This document shows positions 23,535 through 34,699 of a stretch of 64,000 nucleotides of DNA, piece after piece. The stretch's first letter is position 1. Each line of letters starts with the position of its first letter. Made by a program: the position numbers and the translations under genes. The notes beneath the pieces are model-generated. The model saw only the letters and a program-made list of their open reading frames with translations. It ran no database searches and had not been told where the DNA came from. Source of the DNA: Flaccisagitta enflata (Eukaryota); assembly GCA_965153355.1 (NCBI GenBank), contig OZ231126.1, positions 15,004,001-15,068,000 on the forward strand. Reading direction: 5' to 3'.

Positions 23535-24408
23535 TGTTAGAAATGTATGTCCGTCCGTCTAGTAAGTATGAGTGCATTTGTTTCTTTTGCGTGCTTTTGG
23601 TTTTCTTCTTTTCCTGTTATTCAGTGCCAGCGTCTTTTGTTTCTCGCCATTTTTTATATTGGACGCTAGATGGGTAACCATATGGTTGCGCCTTGTATTT
23701 TGTGCCATTTGTTTTTATTACGTAGGCAAACATACGTAACTCGTCTTTCGTATCATCCAATTTTGGATTGATTGATTTTATTATTTACGGCATTGCTTCT
23801 TAAAGTGATTGATTGATTTTTCGTGATCGATTGAATGCGCCCTTGGAATTCACTAATTTCAATAATCTCTCATCTTTTTATTGCAGATAAACTTATGAAC
23901 GGACAATTAACGTTAGTTTGACATCGACAGACTGTGGGTTGAAACCAACGAAAGTGGGCCTAAAAGTAAGTTTTATAGACGCGTCTTTGCTTTTATTAAC
24001 GTTGTTTTTATCTTGTCTTCCGGTCTGATTTTAGTATGGTTTTTATCGCTTGCCCGATCAGCTTGCTATAGGGATGATATGAATGAATTTAATGGGATGG
24101 GCCGGGGCAGGGGCAGGTATTATCAGGTGGCATGGGCTCTGAAGAAGATGAACATGTTGTCATGTGCTGTTTCTGTCCTTTATTGTGTCCTATCTCGATT
24201 TCATGTTATCTTTTGCGTTTGCTGATCACCATTAACGCCCACTTTCCCTTTCATTTTTCCCCCTCTCTTCAGTTGTTGAAATTTTTATGGAATAAACGAG
24301 ACGATCGCCTTCCTATTTTCCAATCGGCCAACTTTCTTTCACCACAAGTCGTCAGTCAGATAGACGCTCATAGACAGTGCCAGTTGAAACTCGTGGGCGT
24401 AATTTATA
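23535..24408 (+). repeat. 3' LTR (874 bp)
   Basis: Copy of 15806-16674, preceded by the PPT and followed by TSD cttgg. Confidence 0.93.
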
Positions 24409-24495
24409 CTTGGAATATTTTTTCCACTAAAGTAGCATTAGTCCAAAGGCACAAGCGAAAGTCCGAAGGCACAACCGTCGTCGTCGTCGTTGTCG

Positions 24496-24534
<39 letters not shown>

Positions 24535-24612
24535 TCGTAGTTGTTTTCGTAGTTGTTTTCGTAGTTGTTTTCGTAGTTGTTTTCGTAGTTGTTTTCGTAG
24601 TTGTTTTCGTAG

Positions 24613-24660
<48 letters not shown>

Positions 24661-25198
24661 TTGTTGTTGTTGTTGTTGTTGTTGTTGTTATTGTTTTTTT
24701 CGTTGTTGTTTTCGTTGTTGTTTTCGTTGTTGTTGTTGTTGCTGTTGTTGTTGTTGTTGTTGTTTTTGTTGTTGGAGAGCAGGACTGAACGAGATCGGCG
24801 CGGCGGACGGCGACTTGCGGGAATTGCAAGTTTCGAAATTCGTCACGGGCTTGGGCTCGGTCATCGTGAGACGTAGACATGTGGAGGAACAATGATGGGG
24901 ATGAAGAATGTTAAGATGTTGCCAAATTGACTGGGTTACATTGTACAACGTAAACGTTATACAGTATTCGGCTCACCTGAGGCTACAGGTGCTTGTGCCT
25001 GCACCGAATATCCTCCAACGCTGCCCGCTGAACCCCGGGTCCTATGCGCGGACAGAAACCGGCGGCGCCAACAACGCTGGCGCTGCGAACCAGGAGATCT
25101 TGAGGCTTGAGCTTTAAGCGGCCCCCAGGGGCTTAGGGGACCGGTGCTCTCGAAGTTGGCGTACGTTTGGTTGCCGATTCGAATGGTGAGTGCGAGAG

Positions 25199-25275
<77 letters not shown>

Positions 25276-25309
25276 CGATTCGAATGGTGAGTGTGAGAGA
25301 TGGTTTCGG

Positions 25310-25379
<70 letters not shown>

Positions 25380-25456
25380 CGCTGCTGCTGCTGCTGCTGC
25401 TGTTGTTTTTTTTGTTTTGTTTTTTGTTATTGTTGTTGTTGTTTTTGTTTTTTTAA

Positions 25457-28381
25457 TTAAGATCGCATAGCAGCAATTTCCGAGTCACTAAAGATGCATT
25501 CAGTCACGCTTTTGTATATCCCCGAAGCATTGTCTCTTCGTTCATCAGTGATTTTTTTCCCAAATGGGCTGAATCGAATAATTGCGGTTACTCGTTTTTT
25601 CGCAAATGCCGTAAGTTCCTCTTGAATTGATTTGATACCCGTGTGATGACAAAGTGTGTCATAGCTCGTATAACTCGGGACGCCGCAGTAGAATTTCACA
25701 CAACGTGAGTGGATTTTTTTCAGTTTGTCCCAGAGGCACGCGTTCATGCTAACGTAAGCAACTGAACCATACTTCCAGATCGAGTTAACAACGGCATCGT
25801 GCAGTTTGATGACGCGTTCCGGATGGCTCCACGTTGATTTTGCGGATATGGATTTGAGGGCGCTAATTCTTGGAATGGCGCTGCCAATCATTTCATCAAC
25901 ATGACGCTTCCATGTGAGTTTTTCGTCAAAGCGGACACCGAGGAACCTGTGACTTTGGACTTGCTGTAGGACCTTTCCGAGTAGCTCAATGCGTACAGTC
26001 ATTCTTTGATGTGTTGGACGTCTGCTGAAGAATATGAAGACGGATTTTTCTGGAGCGAGTTTGATGCGCCAATCGCAGGTCCATTTGGCAAGACGTTGCA
26101 AGACTTTATTCATTCGTGCCTCTGCCCGTCTTGGGCATGCATCACTAATCCATAATGCCACGTCATCTGCATATTGGGCAAGGTTGATGTTTTCATCAAT
26201 TCCAAGAATTTTTTTCAAGTCGTCGACAAATATATTGAATAATGTAGGACTAAGCACGGCTCCCTGAGGGGTTCCCGCAGCCATGTTGACATTGTCTGAA
26301 ATGATTTTGTCAACCTTAACTCGGAGAGATCGACTTGTGAGAAAGCCTTTTATGACACATAGAAGGTTTAATGGCAACCGCATCATCAGTAGCTTCCACA
26401 TTAGTCCCGATATCCAAACGCGATCAAAGGCGCCGGAAACGTCGAGAAATACTGCAATGACACATTCCTGCTTTGCAAAGGCGTGATTGACGTCCTCAGC
26501 TAGACGGAGAATATGTTCTTGGGTGGATCGTCCTTTTTTGTAAGCTGCCTGATGAATGTTTTCTGCAATTTGTCGTTTCCGTTTTTCCATTTCTAAACGT
26601 TCTTTGATGCTGCATTCGAATAATTTGGAGACGCAACTTGACAAACTTATCGGCCTCCAATTTTTTGCTTCTTTGAGGTCTTTACCCGCTTTGGGGATCA
26701 TAGTAATCCTCACTGATCTCCATTTCTGTGGAAAGTATCCGGCGACATACAAACAAGTAAAGAGTTGTGCAAGACCAACTATGAAATTTTTTCCAGCATT
26801 CTTAATCGCCTTATAAGTGACGCCATCTGATCCCGCCGATGACCGATTTTTCCGACTTTTCAAATGATATCTTATTTCATTGACAGTGATTTTTTGCGGA
26901 TGAAATATTGGCGGCGATTTTTTCCCAAATCTGCCAATTCTCTCTTCATCTATGAAAAATGATTCATCCTTTTCCATGATAATTTTTGCCTTTTCGAAAT
27001 CTGGCTTAATCAGCTCCAATGCTGCGTCGACTTCCGCGCTGATTTTTTGACGATGAGTTTCAGAAAAGTTGGCATCCGATGGAAAGCTGTGAGCAGTTGC
27101 CAGCCTGTCAGAATGTATTTTTGCTATCGAAAGGTCGTCCTTATGCAAGATTCCATTTGCATCTCGTATGCCCTTGTTGTTGTGCTCATGACTTTTGCTG
27201 TTACCCAGATTTGGCGCCGCGTCCTTTAACATCTTCCACGATTTAGCGCCATCTTTTTCATTCCATATTTTGGTCATTTCATGCGACTCTTTCTTCTCCA
27301 TATCTCTCTTGATACATCTTTTTATATCTCGGTTAAGTCGATTATTCATTCTTCTTATGACTTCTGTATCTTTGCCTTCTTCTTCAAGCTCCTTCCGTAT
27401 CTTATTCAGTTTTCTTCGTAGACTTATGAAATTTCGAGTTTCTTTTGATAGAACAACTCCGTCTCTCGTCAGCACTTTTAGCATTTTGCTGTGTTTATCA
27501 ACGGCTTCATTGATACTTTGGCAAATATCACTTATAGTTTCCTCCGTTCTATATTCGTTGCTGCAGTTAACCAAAGGCTTTATGTCTTTTAATTCATCTT
27601 TCACTTTCTCCCAATCAATTACTTTTATTGTTCTTTTTCCAGTTTTGAACCCAATGTCCAGTTTGAAGGAAGTTATCACATGATCTGATCCGCACTGGCC
27701 ATCTGTGAACCATTTTGTCGACGATGCGCTTGTCTTCAGCTTCAGCAGACAAAGGTCGATGCATGATGTAATGTTGTGACTAGTTGAGAAATAAGTGGGA
27801 TCATCATCATTTTGTATCGCATAGCCGTTAGAGCAAGCCAAAGAGGTAAGCATCTGTCCGGCTTTATCTGTCTTTTTTGTGTGCCCAAGACCTATATGCG
27901 CATTCATATCGCCAATTAGAACCGCTGCTTCAAAGTTGTGTGACAATCCCTCAAGAGCGTCAAAATGCTTTTGCAGTAGAATCTCACCAGGATGAAGATA
28001 CACAATTGCTAACCTTAATCTTTTGTTGTCAGTTTCCGCTTCAATAACTATCAACTCGTTAATGTTATTTTCGATCTCCGAGATTTTTATTCCATTTTTT
28101 ACCAATATGAGAACCCCTCCGGGCACAGCAGTTCCACTATGATGATCTTTTCGGATGCATTTGTATCCTTTGAATCTTATAGACTGATTTCTTTTTAATC
28201 TTGTGTCATTTATGCATATAAAATGATTGGTGACATTTTTCCTTCTATCAATCAGCAAGCCAATTTCATGTTTCTTGTTCTTGATAGAGTTGATGTTTAT
28301 TTGATCGATGATGATACTGCTGGAGTTGCTGCTGATAGCATTACTACCGGCATTACACGCCACTGCAGCTCTTGTGGACAT
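25457..28381 (-). CDS. LINE ORF2: AP endonuclease + reverse transcriptase, 974 aa
   Basis: APE motifs QININSI, ICINDTRL, GGVLILVK, GDMNAH, CIDL, GSDH; RT motifs WRPISLSSCVSKLFE, AYKKGRST, FLDVSGAFDRVW, GTPQGAVLSPTLFNIF, QYADD, FLGVRFDEKLTW. No stops or frameshifts. Confidence 0.95.
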   Translation of the reverse strand: MSTRAAVACNAGSNAISSNSSSIIIDQININSIKNKKHEIGLLIDRRKNVTNHFICINDTRLKRNQSIRFKGYKCIRKDHHSGTAVPGGVLILVKNGIKISEIENNINELIVIEAETDNKRLRLAIVYLHPGEILLQKHFDALEGLSHNFEAAVLIGDMNAHIGLGHTKKTDKAGQMLTSLACSNGYAIQNDDDPTYFSTSHNITSCIDLCLLKLKTSASSTKWFTDGQCGSDHVITSFKLDIGFKTGKRTIKVIDWEKVKDELKDIKPLVNCSNEYRTEETISDICQSINEAVDKHSKMLKVLTRDGVVLSKETRNFISLRRKLNKIRKELEEEGKDTEVIRRMNNRLNRDIKRCIKRDMEKKESHEMTKIWNEKDGAKSWKMLKDAAPNLGNSKSHEHNNKGIRDANGILHKDDLSIAKIHSDRLATAHSFPSDANFSETHRQKISAEVDAALELIKPDFEKAKIIMEKDESFFIDEERIGRFGKKSPPIFHPQKITVNEIRYHLKSRKNRSSAGSDGVTYKAIKNAGKNFIVGLAQLFTCLYVAGYFPQKWRSVRITMIPKAGKDLKEAKNWRPISLSSCVSKLFECSIKERLEMEKRKRQIAENIHQAAYKKGRSTQEHILRLAEDVNHAFAKQECVIAVFLDVSGAFDRVWISGLMWKLLMMRLPLNLLCVIKGFLTSRSLRVKVDKIISDNVNMAAGTPQGAVLSPTLFNIFVDDLKKILGIDENINLAQYADDVALWISDACPRRAEARMNKVLQRLAKWTCDWRIKLAPEKSVFIFFSRRPTHQRMTVRIELLGKVLQQVQSHRFLGVRFDEKLTWKRHVDEMIGSAIPRISALKSISAKSTWSHPERVIKLHDAVVNSIWKYGSVAYVSMNACLWDKLKKIHSRCVKFYCGVPSYTSYDTLCHHTGIKSIQEELTAFAKKRVTAIIRFSPFGKKITDERRDNASGIYKSVTECIFSDSEIAAMRS

Positions 28382-28398
28382 GCTGCATGTTAGTTGAG

Positions 28399-31122
28399 TT
28401 AATCAAGTTGACGCCAGATTGAGGATGCAATGGAGGTTGCAACGCTGAGTGGAGTGATCCAAACTGCTGCGAGTGTTGAAGGAGGAGGAGGAGGAGGATG
28501 AGAATGTTGATGCAGGTGTGATGGAAGCGTTGGTGGCGCCGCTGCTGCTGCTACTGCTGCTGATGTCGCTTGTTGAAGGGATGCCATTGGCGTTGCTGGG
28601 GCAAGAAGATGAAGATTTGATGCATCTGTCAACATGCCTGTCTGTATTACTTTGGGCTGGACTGCCTCAATTGTAGATCCCATTGATGGCGCTAGGAGGT
28701 CACCCATTATCTCAGCGCAGTCAAGTAGAGCGTTTGGTGCATCTCCCCAACACCTGACCTGAATGTTAGGGATTGCTGATGCATCTGCATTTTTCCTGCT
28801 TTTTTCTTGATGACGTTGTTGATGAAGATGAGCCGTTGGAAGAGCAAATTGCTTGTCCATTTGTGCCTCAACTTCCATACAAATCTCGTTGTTTTGTGCA
28901 ACTGGGTGTGCCTTGGAATTCGCCAATGCTGTTGCAGTTGGATTGATCTGATCAGAAGATGCTGCAGATGGATGCGTCATTGCAGTAATTGTTTTTGATG
29001 ATGCTGGTGATGCTGCTGTTGATGGTATGTTTGCTGTTATAGGAAACGAAGGAGCGTTGAGTCTTGCTGCTTTTGCTGCTTCAGTGGCGGCTGCTGCTGC
29101 AGCTGCCGTTGCCCTTGCTTCTGCTATATCAGCTTCCTTATTCATTTGTGACATTCGAGAGTTTCTCCGTGGTGACGACGCGGGGCTTACACCAGGACGA
29201 GTTTTGATGTATTCATTCTCAAACAGACTTCTGGCAAAGATTGCTATATCAAAATTGTCGCCGTATTTTTTGTTGACCAATCGAACACTGTCATCAAAGA
29301 TTGATCTTTTGTCAAGTGCCGTATTTGAGATCTTGGGAGCAATAACATCAACTACCAATTCGACTGCTGCTGCAAGAATTCTCGTTGCATCTTCAGATTT
29401 TATCTTTCCCAGCGTCAATTCGCCATCATATCTGTTTCTGACAGTTGATGGGGCAGGATGATTGAATTCTTGACCAGAGTTGAGAGATGAGAGTTGAGAG
29501 ATGGTTTGCTCACTTTGTCGCGCGTTAGAGTAGAGATTTGGATTGACAGAGGGCATTGAGGGCGCAATTTCACTTTGTTGATTTTTTGCCACCGCAGCAT
29601 AAGTTTTTTTCTTTCTCTCATCTCGTTGGTATTTGATTTTGGCTGGACAGCCCTTGAAAGTTGAGAGATGATTTTCACCACAGTTAAGGCATGTGGCTGT
29701 GTCTTCTCCTGCTGTGCAATCCTTCTGGCTGTGTTCTTTGCTGCCGCATTTTATGCAGACTGCTTCATTTTGACAATCTATGGCAATATGCCCGTGCTCA
29801 CCACAGTTAAAGCATTGATTCACTTTAACAGTTGTATGTCTTTGTACCGCATACCTTTGATATCTGAGGAGGAGGCCATCTTCAACCAATTTGTCAGCAT
29901 CACCGGCTTTATGTATGATGGCTCTCATTGTGAGAGTCGGTGATTTATTAGCCCCAGTTTTTACTCTTTCCAAGTTGCAAAATGAGATTTGTCGCTTCAT
30001 TAGAGCCTCTTTTACTTCGTCTTCTTTGATGTCTTCTTCTACCCACTTGATGTAGACTGTTTTGGCGAAATTGTCAGTGAGTGCAAGCCTGGGAATTAGA
30101 CTTATTTCGCTTGTCTTCCACCTTTCTTGAAGCATCATTGTATTGAAATCTTTTTGGGTCTTTCCAACGACCAGAATGTCATTTTTCCTTGTTTTTCTTA
30201 TTTCAAGGATTTCACATTCGGCTGGCTTGTGCTCTTCAACTATTTTTATCAGAGTTGGCCGACTGTCAATTTGCTCTTGACTTAGATTGTGACCCAGCAA
30301 AAGCCCAAACGGGTTTCTTTTGTTCCCAACCTGACGTCTTGGTTGGCCTTGTCCTGTTTTAGCTCTCGCACCTTGTGGCAGGGAGGATACTGGCGTAGCA
30401 GACTGACCAAGCTTAGTCCCAGTGGCAGTTGTTTGTGACGCTTGAGACGCCGCTTGATGTTGACGGGTATCCGTTGGTACTTGGTTCACAGATGCTGAGA
30501 ATTTGGCTGTGAGTAATTTTGTGTTTCCAATTCCAATTATTGATGAAGATGCAGCTGGCGCCGTCGATACGATACCTGCTGAGGTGGTTACTAACGAGGA
30601 AGGTGCTGCAGATGCAGACATTGTCGTCGACGTGGTTGCTGCAGATGTAGTCGTCGTCAATACGGCTGCTGCAGATGTTTTTGTTGATGATGCAGTTGCT
30701 GCAGATGAAGCATTAGAAAGCCCATTTGCAGATGTATCAGCCCCCGTGGAAGGTGGTGGCGCAAATCCCACGTCGAAGGACGAGTTGGGAAGCGGGAATT
30801 GATGTGCAGCCATTATGCTGTTTTTGTTGTAGATGGTAGACGCGAGATCTAGGGAAGGAGCTGAAGGTGACGCCGTCTCTTCAGAGCCGGCTGAGCTAAC
30901 GTCGTCTCTTTGTCTTTTACGTAGTGGCGTTATTTTAGACCTTTTTCCGCCTTTGCGACTTTTTTTCTCTTTTGTAGCATCACTGGCTTCTTTATCTTGA
31001 GCGGAGTTAGACAGTAACTCTCTTATTTTTTGTTGGATCTCACTCGGAGCATTACAGAAACGTGAGGTTATTTCTTTCTCTTGGTCAGCTGTCTCAGCTG
31101 ACTCGTGAGACATGGATGACAT
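28399..31122 (-). CDS. LINE ORF1 nucleic-acid-binding protein (gag-like), 907 aa
   Basis: Three zinc knuckles CFNCGEHGHIAIDC, CIKCGSKEHSQKDC and CLNCGENHLSTFKGC, preceded by an RRM-like region (KTVYIKWVEEDIKEDEVKEAL). ATG in caaccATG context. Confidence 0.9.
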   Translation of the reverse strand: MSSMSHESAETADQEKEITSRFCNAPSEIQQKIRELLSNSAQDKEASDATKEKKSRKGGKRSKITPLRKRQRDDVSSAGSEETASPSAPSLDLASTIYNKNSIMAAHQFPLPNSSFDVGFAPPPSTGADTSANGLSNASSAATASSTKTSAAAVLTTTTSAATTSTTMSASAAPSSLVTTSAGIVSTAPAASSSIIGIGNTKLLTAKFSASVNQVPTDTRQHQAASQASQTTATGTKLGQSATPVSSLPQGARAKTGQGQPRRQVGNKRNPFGLLLGHNLSQEQIDSRPTLIKIVEEHKPAECEILEIRKTRKNDILVVGKTQKDFNTMMLQERWKTSEISLIPRLALTDNFAKTVYIKWVEEDIKEDEVKEALMKRQISFCNLERVKTGANKSPTLTMRAIIHKAGDADKLVEDGLLLRYQRYAVQRHTTVKVNQCFNCGEHGHIAIDCQNEAVCIKCGSKEHSQKDCTAGEDTATCLNCGENHLSTFKGCPAKIKYQRDERKKKTYAAVAKNQQSEIAPSMPSVNPNLYSNARQSEQTISQLSSLNSGQEFNHPAPSTVRNRYDGELTLGKIKSEDATRILAAAVELVVDVIAPKISNTALDKRSIFDDSVRLVNKKYGDNFDIAIFARSLFENEYIKTRPGVSPASSPRRNSRMSQMNKEADIAEARATAAAAAAATEAAKAARLNAPSFPITANIPSTAASPASSKTITAMTHPSAASSDQINPTATALANSKAHPVAQNNEICMEVEAQMDKQFALPTAHLHQQRHQEKSRKNADASAIPNIQVRCWGDAPNALLDCAEIMGDLLAPSMGSTIEAVQPKVIQTGMLTDASNLHLLAPATPMASLQQATSAAVAAAAAPPTLPSHLHQHSHPPPPPPSTLAAVWITPLSVATSIASSIWRQLD

Positions 31123-31465
31123 GGTTGCCGTTGTTTGCGAGCAGTGAGGAGGAGGACGAGGAGGAGGAGGGAGGAGACAACGGTTGCTGTTGTTGCTGTA
31201 GCTCTCGTGTTGCTGTGATGATGCCAGACAACGATAGTAGATAGTAGATTATCCTTACGAAATATTAATTATTATTCAAATGAAATAGAAAAATTTTTTT
31301 TTTTTCCATAGACAGCCCCCGTCGGGGCGGCCACGTGTTTATTTTCTTTCTGCTACTTAGGTTTTTATTTTCCGTCTCCGAGAAAAATGGTCAAGTCGTT
31401 TTCGAACAGAGTTATTTTTGGGCGAGGAATTTTCGTGGATTAATCGGGCAAGAGAAAAAATAATT

Positions 31466-31499
31466 CGTCTTCTCCTTGCGAGTCTCGAGTCGTGAATGA
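31466..31499 (-). promoter_or_regulatory. LINE internal Pol II core promoter (Inr + DPE)
   Basis: The minus strand reads TCATTC (Inr TCAKTY, A+1 = 31497), G at +24, and AGACG at exactly +28..+32 (31470-31466). This is the canonical Inr-DPE spacing of jockey/I-type LINEs. Confidence 0.75.
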
Positions 31500-31500
31500 A

Positions 31501-32883
31501 CGCCAACCCCTCTTTTTTTTCCTTCCTCCTCCTCCTCCACTTCTTTTCTTCCTCATCTTCCACCGCGACCAAGTGTGAAATGTGACTGTTTTAGATGCGT
31601 CATCGTGGTGAGATCTCGACGACGCAATGTTATTGGTTTTGGGGTAAACATAATCACGAGTGTTCATGAATACTATTGACTGAAGGGAAGACAGGATTGA
31701 TTGGCACGGTTTAAGGGCGTATGGCGCTGGACTAATCGATCATATGCAAGTCTACAAGCATTCAGCTCGTGTCCAATCTCCATACCATTTTTATTCGCGT
31801 GCTACGCGACTCTTCCCCCCGCTTTGTCTGTCCGTCCGTCCGTCCGTCCCACATTTCCTTTCGTGATTTTCATTCTTTAAACTCACTGCTCCTGCCCAAA
31901 TGGTCCAGTGGCCTCAAATATGGCCCCTGCCCACCCGCACGCGATTGAGATCCGACCTTTGTTTTAAAAGGTACCATCTTAAATTATATCCAACCCCGCA
32001 GCATCGGATCTAAGAAAAGAAGTTATCCGCCCACAACACAATCCCTTTCCATGCAATAAAAACAAGGCCGGATACACGGGCCAAGACGGTGCGCCGAGCG
32101 TTTTTTATTCATAGCTATCCCTAGCTCCATCAGACTTATCCCTAGCTCTATCAGGCCTCTCCCGAGCTCTATCAGACCTTTCCCAAGCTCTTATCAGACC
32201 TATCACCAGCTCTATCAGACCTTTCCCAAGCTCTATCAGACCTATCAACAGCTCTATCAGACCTATCCCCAGCTCTATCAGACCTATCCGATCTATCACC
32301 AGACCTATCCGACCTATCCCCAGCTCTATAAGACCTAACCGTAACTGATTATATTAGTATCATTTATGATATATATGATATATATGATATATATGATATA
32401 TATGTTATATATGATATATGATATGATATGATATATGATATGATTTATGATATGATATGATATATGATATGATATGATATATGATATGATACATGATATA
32501 TGATATGATATATGACAGGATATATGACAGGATATATGATATGATATGATATGATATCTGATATGATATATGATATGATATATGATATATGATATATGAT
32601 ATATGATATATGATATATGATATGATATATGATATATGATATGATATATGATATATGATATGATATATGATATGATATATGATATGATATATGATATGAT
32701 ATATGATATGATATATGATATGATATATGATATGATATATGATATGATATATGATATATGATATATGATATATGATATATGATATATGATATGATATGAT
32801 ATATGATGTATATATATATATGAAATGATGTATGATAAAGATGAGAAAGAGTGTTTTTCAGATTCTGTTTCACGGAAAACTAG
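31501..32883. repeat. direct repeat copy 2 (1383 bp)
   Basis: Starts cgccaacccctc.. immediately after the LINE 5' end and ends ..cacggaaaactag like copy 1. Confidence 0.9.
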
Positions 32884-34438
32884 GAGTGGTGCGCGTATTA
32901 ACTACATCTATTTAACTAGTCAGTGAGGGTTCACAAGGCCCTCTTCCATTTATTTCAGTTTGGGTATAGTGAGGGATATTGTTCCACTTTTCATATGATA
33001 TATATATGATATATATATATGATGTATATGATATTGATGATATATATGATGATATATATGATATAATATATATGATATCATTTATGATATATATCATTTA
33101 TGATATATTAGTATCATTTATGATGAACAAAATGAGTTTTCTTTTGATTTCAAAAACTTTTAGCGATTTTTCATTCGAGCGTGACCGACGGATGGACGGA
33201 CAGACAGACAGAGCTTCTTATAGAGATGCTATGGCGCATCTAAAAATCATCCTAGCATATTTCTGAATCATTTCCAGTGATTCTTGCTTCTTTTCGAGAT
33301 TTTTAACTCGAGCGTTACAGACCGACCAACCGACCGACCGACCAACAGACAGAGCCTCTTATAGAGGTGCCATGGCGCACCTAAAAATACAAGCAACAGA
33401 TCGTACATTTCCAAACCTTTGGACGAGACCACAAGATGATGCAAACGAATCACCGCGCCTTCGTGTGATGAAATGCAGCCTCATTGCCACGCGAAAACTA
33501 TCCATTTACGGCGCATAAATGTCGTCAATGTAATAACCAAAGGTCCGATGAAGAATCGGAGAGCTTGAAGGACGACCGAGACATTTCGAGAAGGAACTCA
33601 TAGGGGAAGGGGAATGAGAGAAGTCGCTGGAAGGAGAGAAGCCAAAGATGAGAAAAAGCTTTCGATGGTCGGCGATGCCCACTGATCGGCAAAAGTCTGG
33701 CTTTAATGTCTATCAATAGTTACCATGTAAGCAGGATTTTTTTTTTAGCTAAATTCTTGAGAACATAAATTTTTTATCGATGAAATATCCAATGGTGGCG
33801 TGCCTTAATAGAATCTTCAATTTAGATATGACTGACTTTATCTATAAAAGACAAAGTAATAAAAAAAACATTAAACAAGAACAGCACAGAACAAATGACG
33901 GATGGTCAGGTGGGGCAGTACTAAAGAGAATACTCACACGTCTTAAAATGACAAGGATACCAGATTGATTACTATAATATCATACAAATCATCGAAAAAA
34001 ACTTATTTTCAATAATATAGACCGACCGAGGGATAGATCATGAATGGACTGACGCAACAGGACATGTGTCTGCAACCAAAAAGAAACAAATGTCAGGATA
34101 GAACACAAGACCCATTTGAGCTGTTGCCCAAGAAAGTAGAAGGCGGGACGGTGATGAGTCACGAGAGAAAAGTCACGCTTTATGCAACTGTCGCAGCCAA
34201 TTGCCGTCAATCACTGCCTCCCCCTCCGCTTTCGAGAAGCATCGGACAGGTCATAGTCATTCCCTCAAATGAGCATCACCGCGCTCTTTGTCTCTCCTCT
34301 TTATTTCTCACTTTTTTGTCTGTCTTCTGTTATTCTGCTCTGTGAGTGTGAATGTCTGTCTACCTCTTTCCTCATTCTTTCCTTTTTTCCACCGCAATCT
34401 GTCTGTCTAACTTTGTCCCCATTTCTTGACGTGTCGCT

Positions 34439-34535
<97 letters not shown>

Positions 34536-34600
34536 CTCTCTCTCTCTCTGACTGCCTCTCTCTCTCTGACTCTCTCTCTTTCTCTGACTCTCTCTCTCTC

Positions 34601-34699
<99 letters not shown>

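Larger units (their letters stand above)
15806..24408 (+). mobile_element. non-autonomous Bel/Pao LTR retrotransposon
   Basis: Two near-identical LTRs, 5-bp TSD CTTGG (15801-15805 and 24409-24413), PPT aaaaatggggcagaa at 23520-23534, Bel/Pao-type gag knuckles, DSG protease, integrase and C-terminal DUF5641-like segment. Confidence 0.93.
15545..31500 (-). mobile_element. full-length non-LTR retrotransposon (APE-RT LINE, Jockey/I group, no RNase H), interrupted in its 3' UTR by a Bel/Pao element
   Basis: 5' end with Inr/DPE at 31500; ORF1 and ORF2 intact; 3' UTR 25456-24414 continues at 15805-15568; (ATTTCA)n tail at 15545-15565 (gaaattgaaattgaaattgaaat on +). Flanked by direct repeats 14182-15544 and 31501-32883. 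Confidence 0.9.

Noticed and set aside
24960-25100. Hammerhead or HDV-like ribozyme in the LINE UTR
   Set aside because: No CUGANGA..GAAA core with correct stems and no nested double pseudoknot could be built by eye.
14182-32883. The 1.36-kb direct repeats as LTRs or Penelope-type pseudo-LTRs of a novel element
   Set aside because: They have no TG..CA ends, PBS or PPT, and they contain host interspersed repeats. The enclosed element has its own promoter, tail and APE-RT ORF, with no GIY-YIG or integrase.
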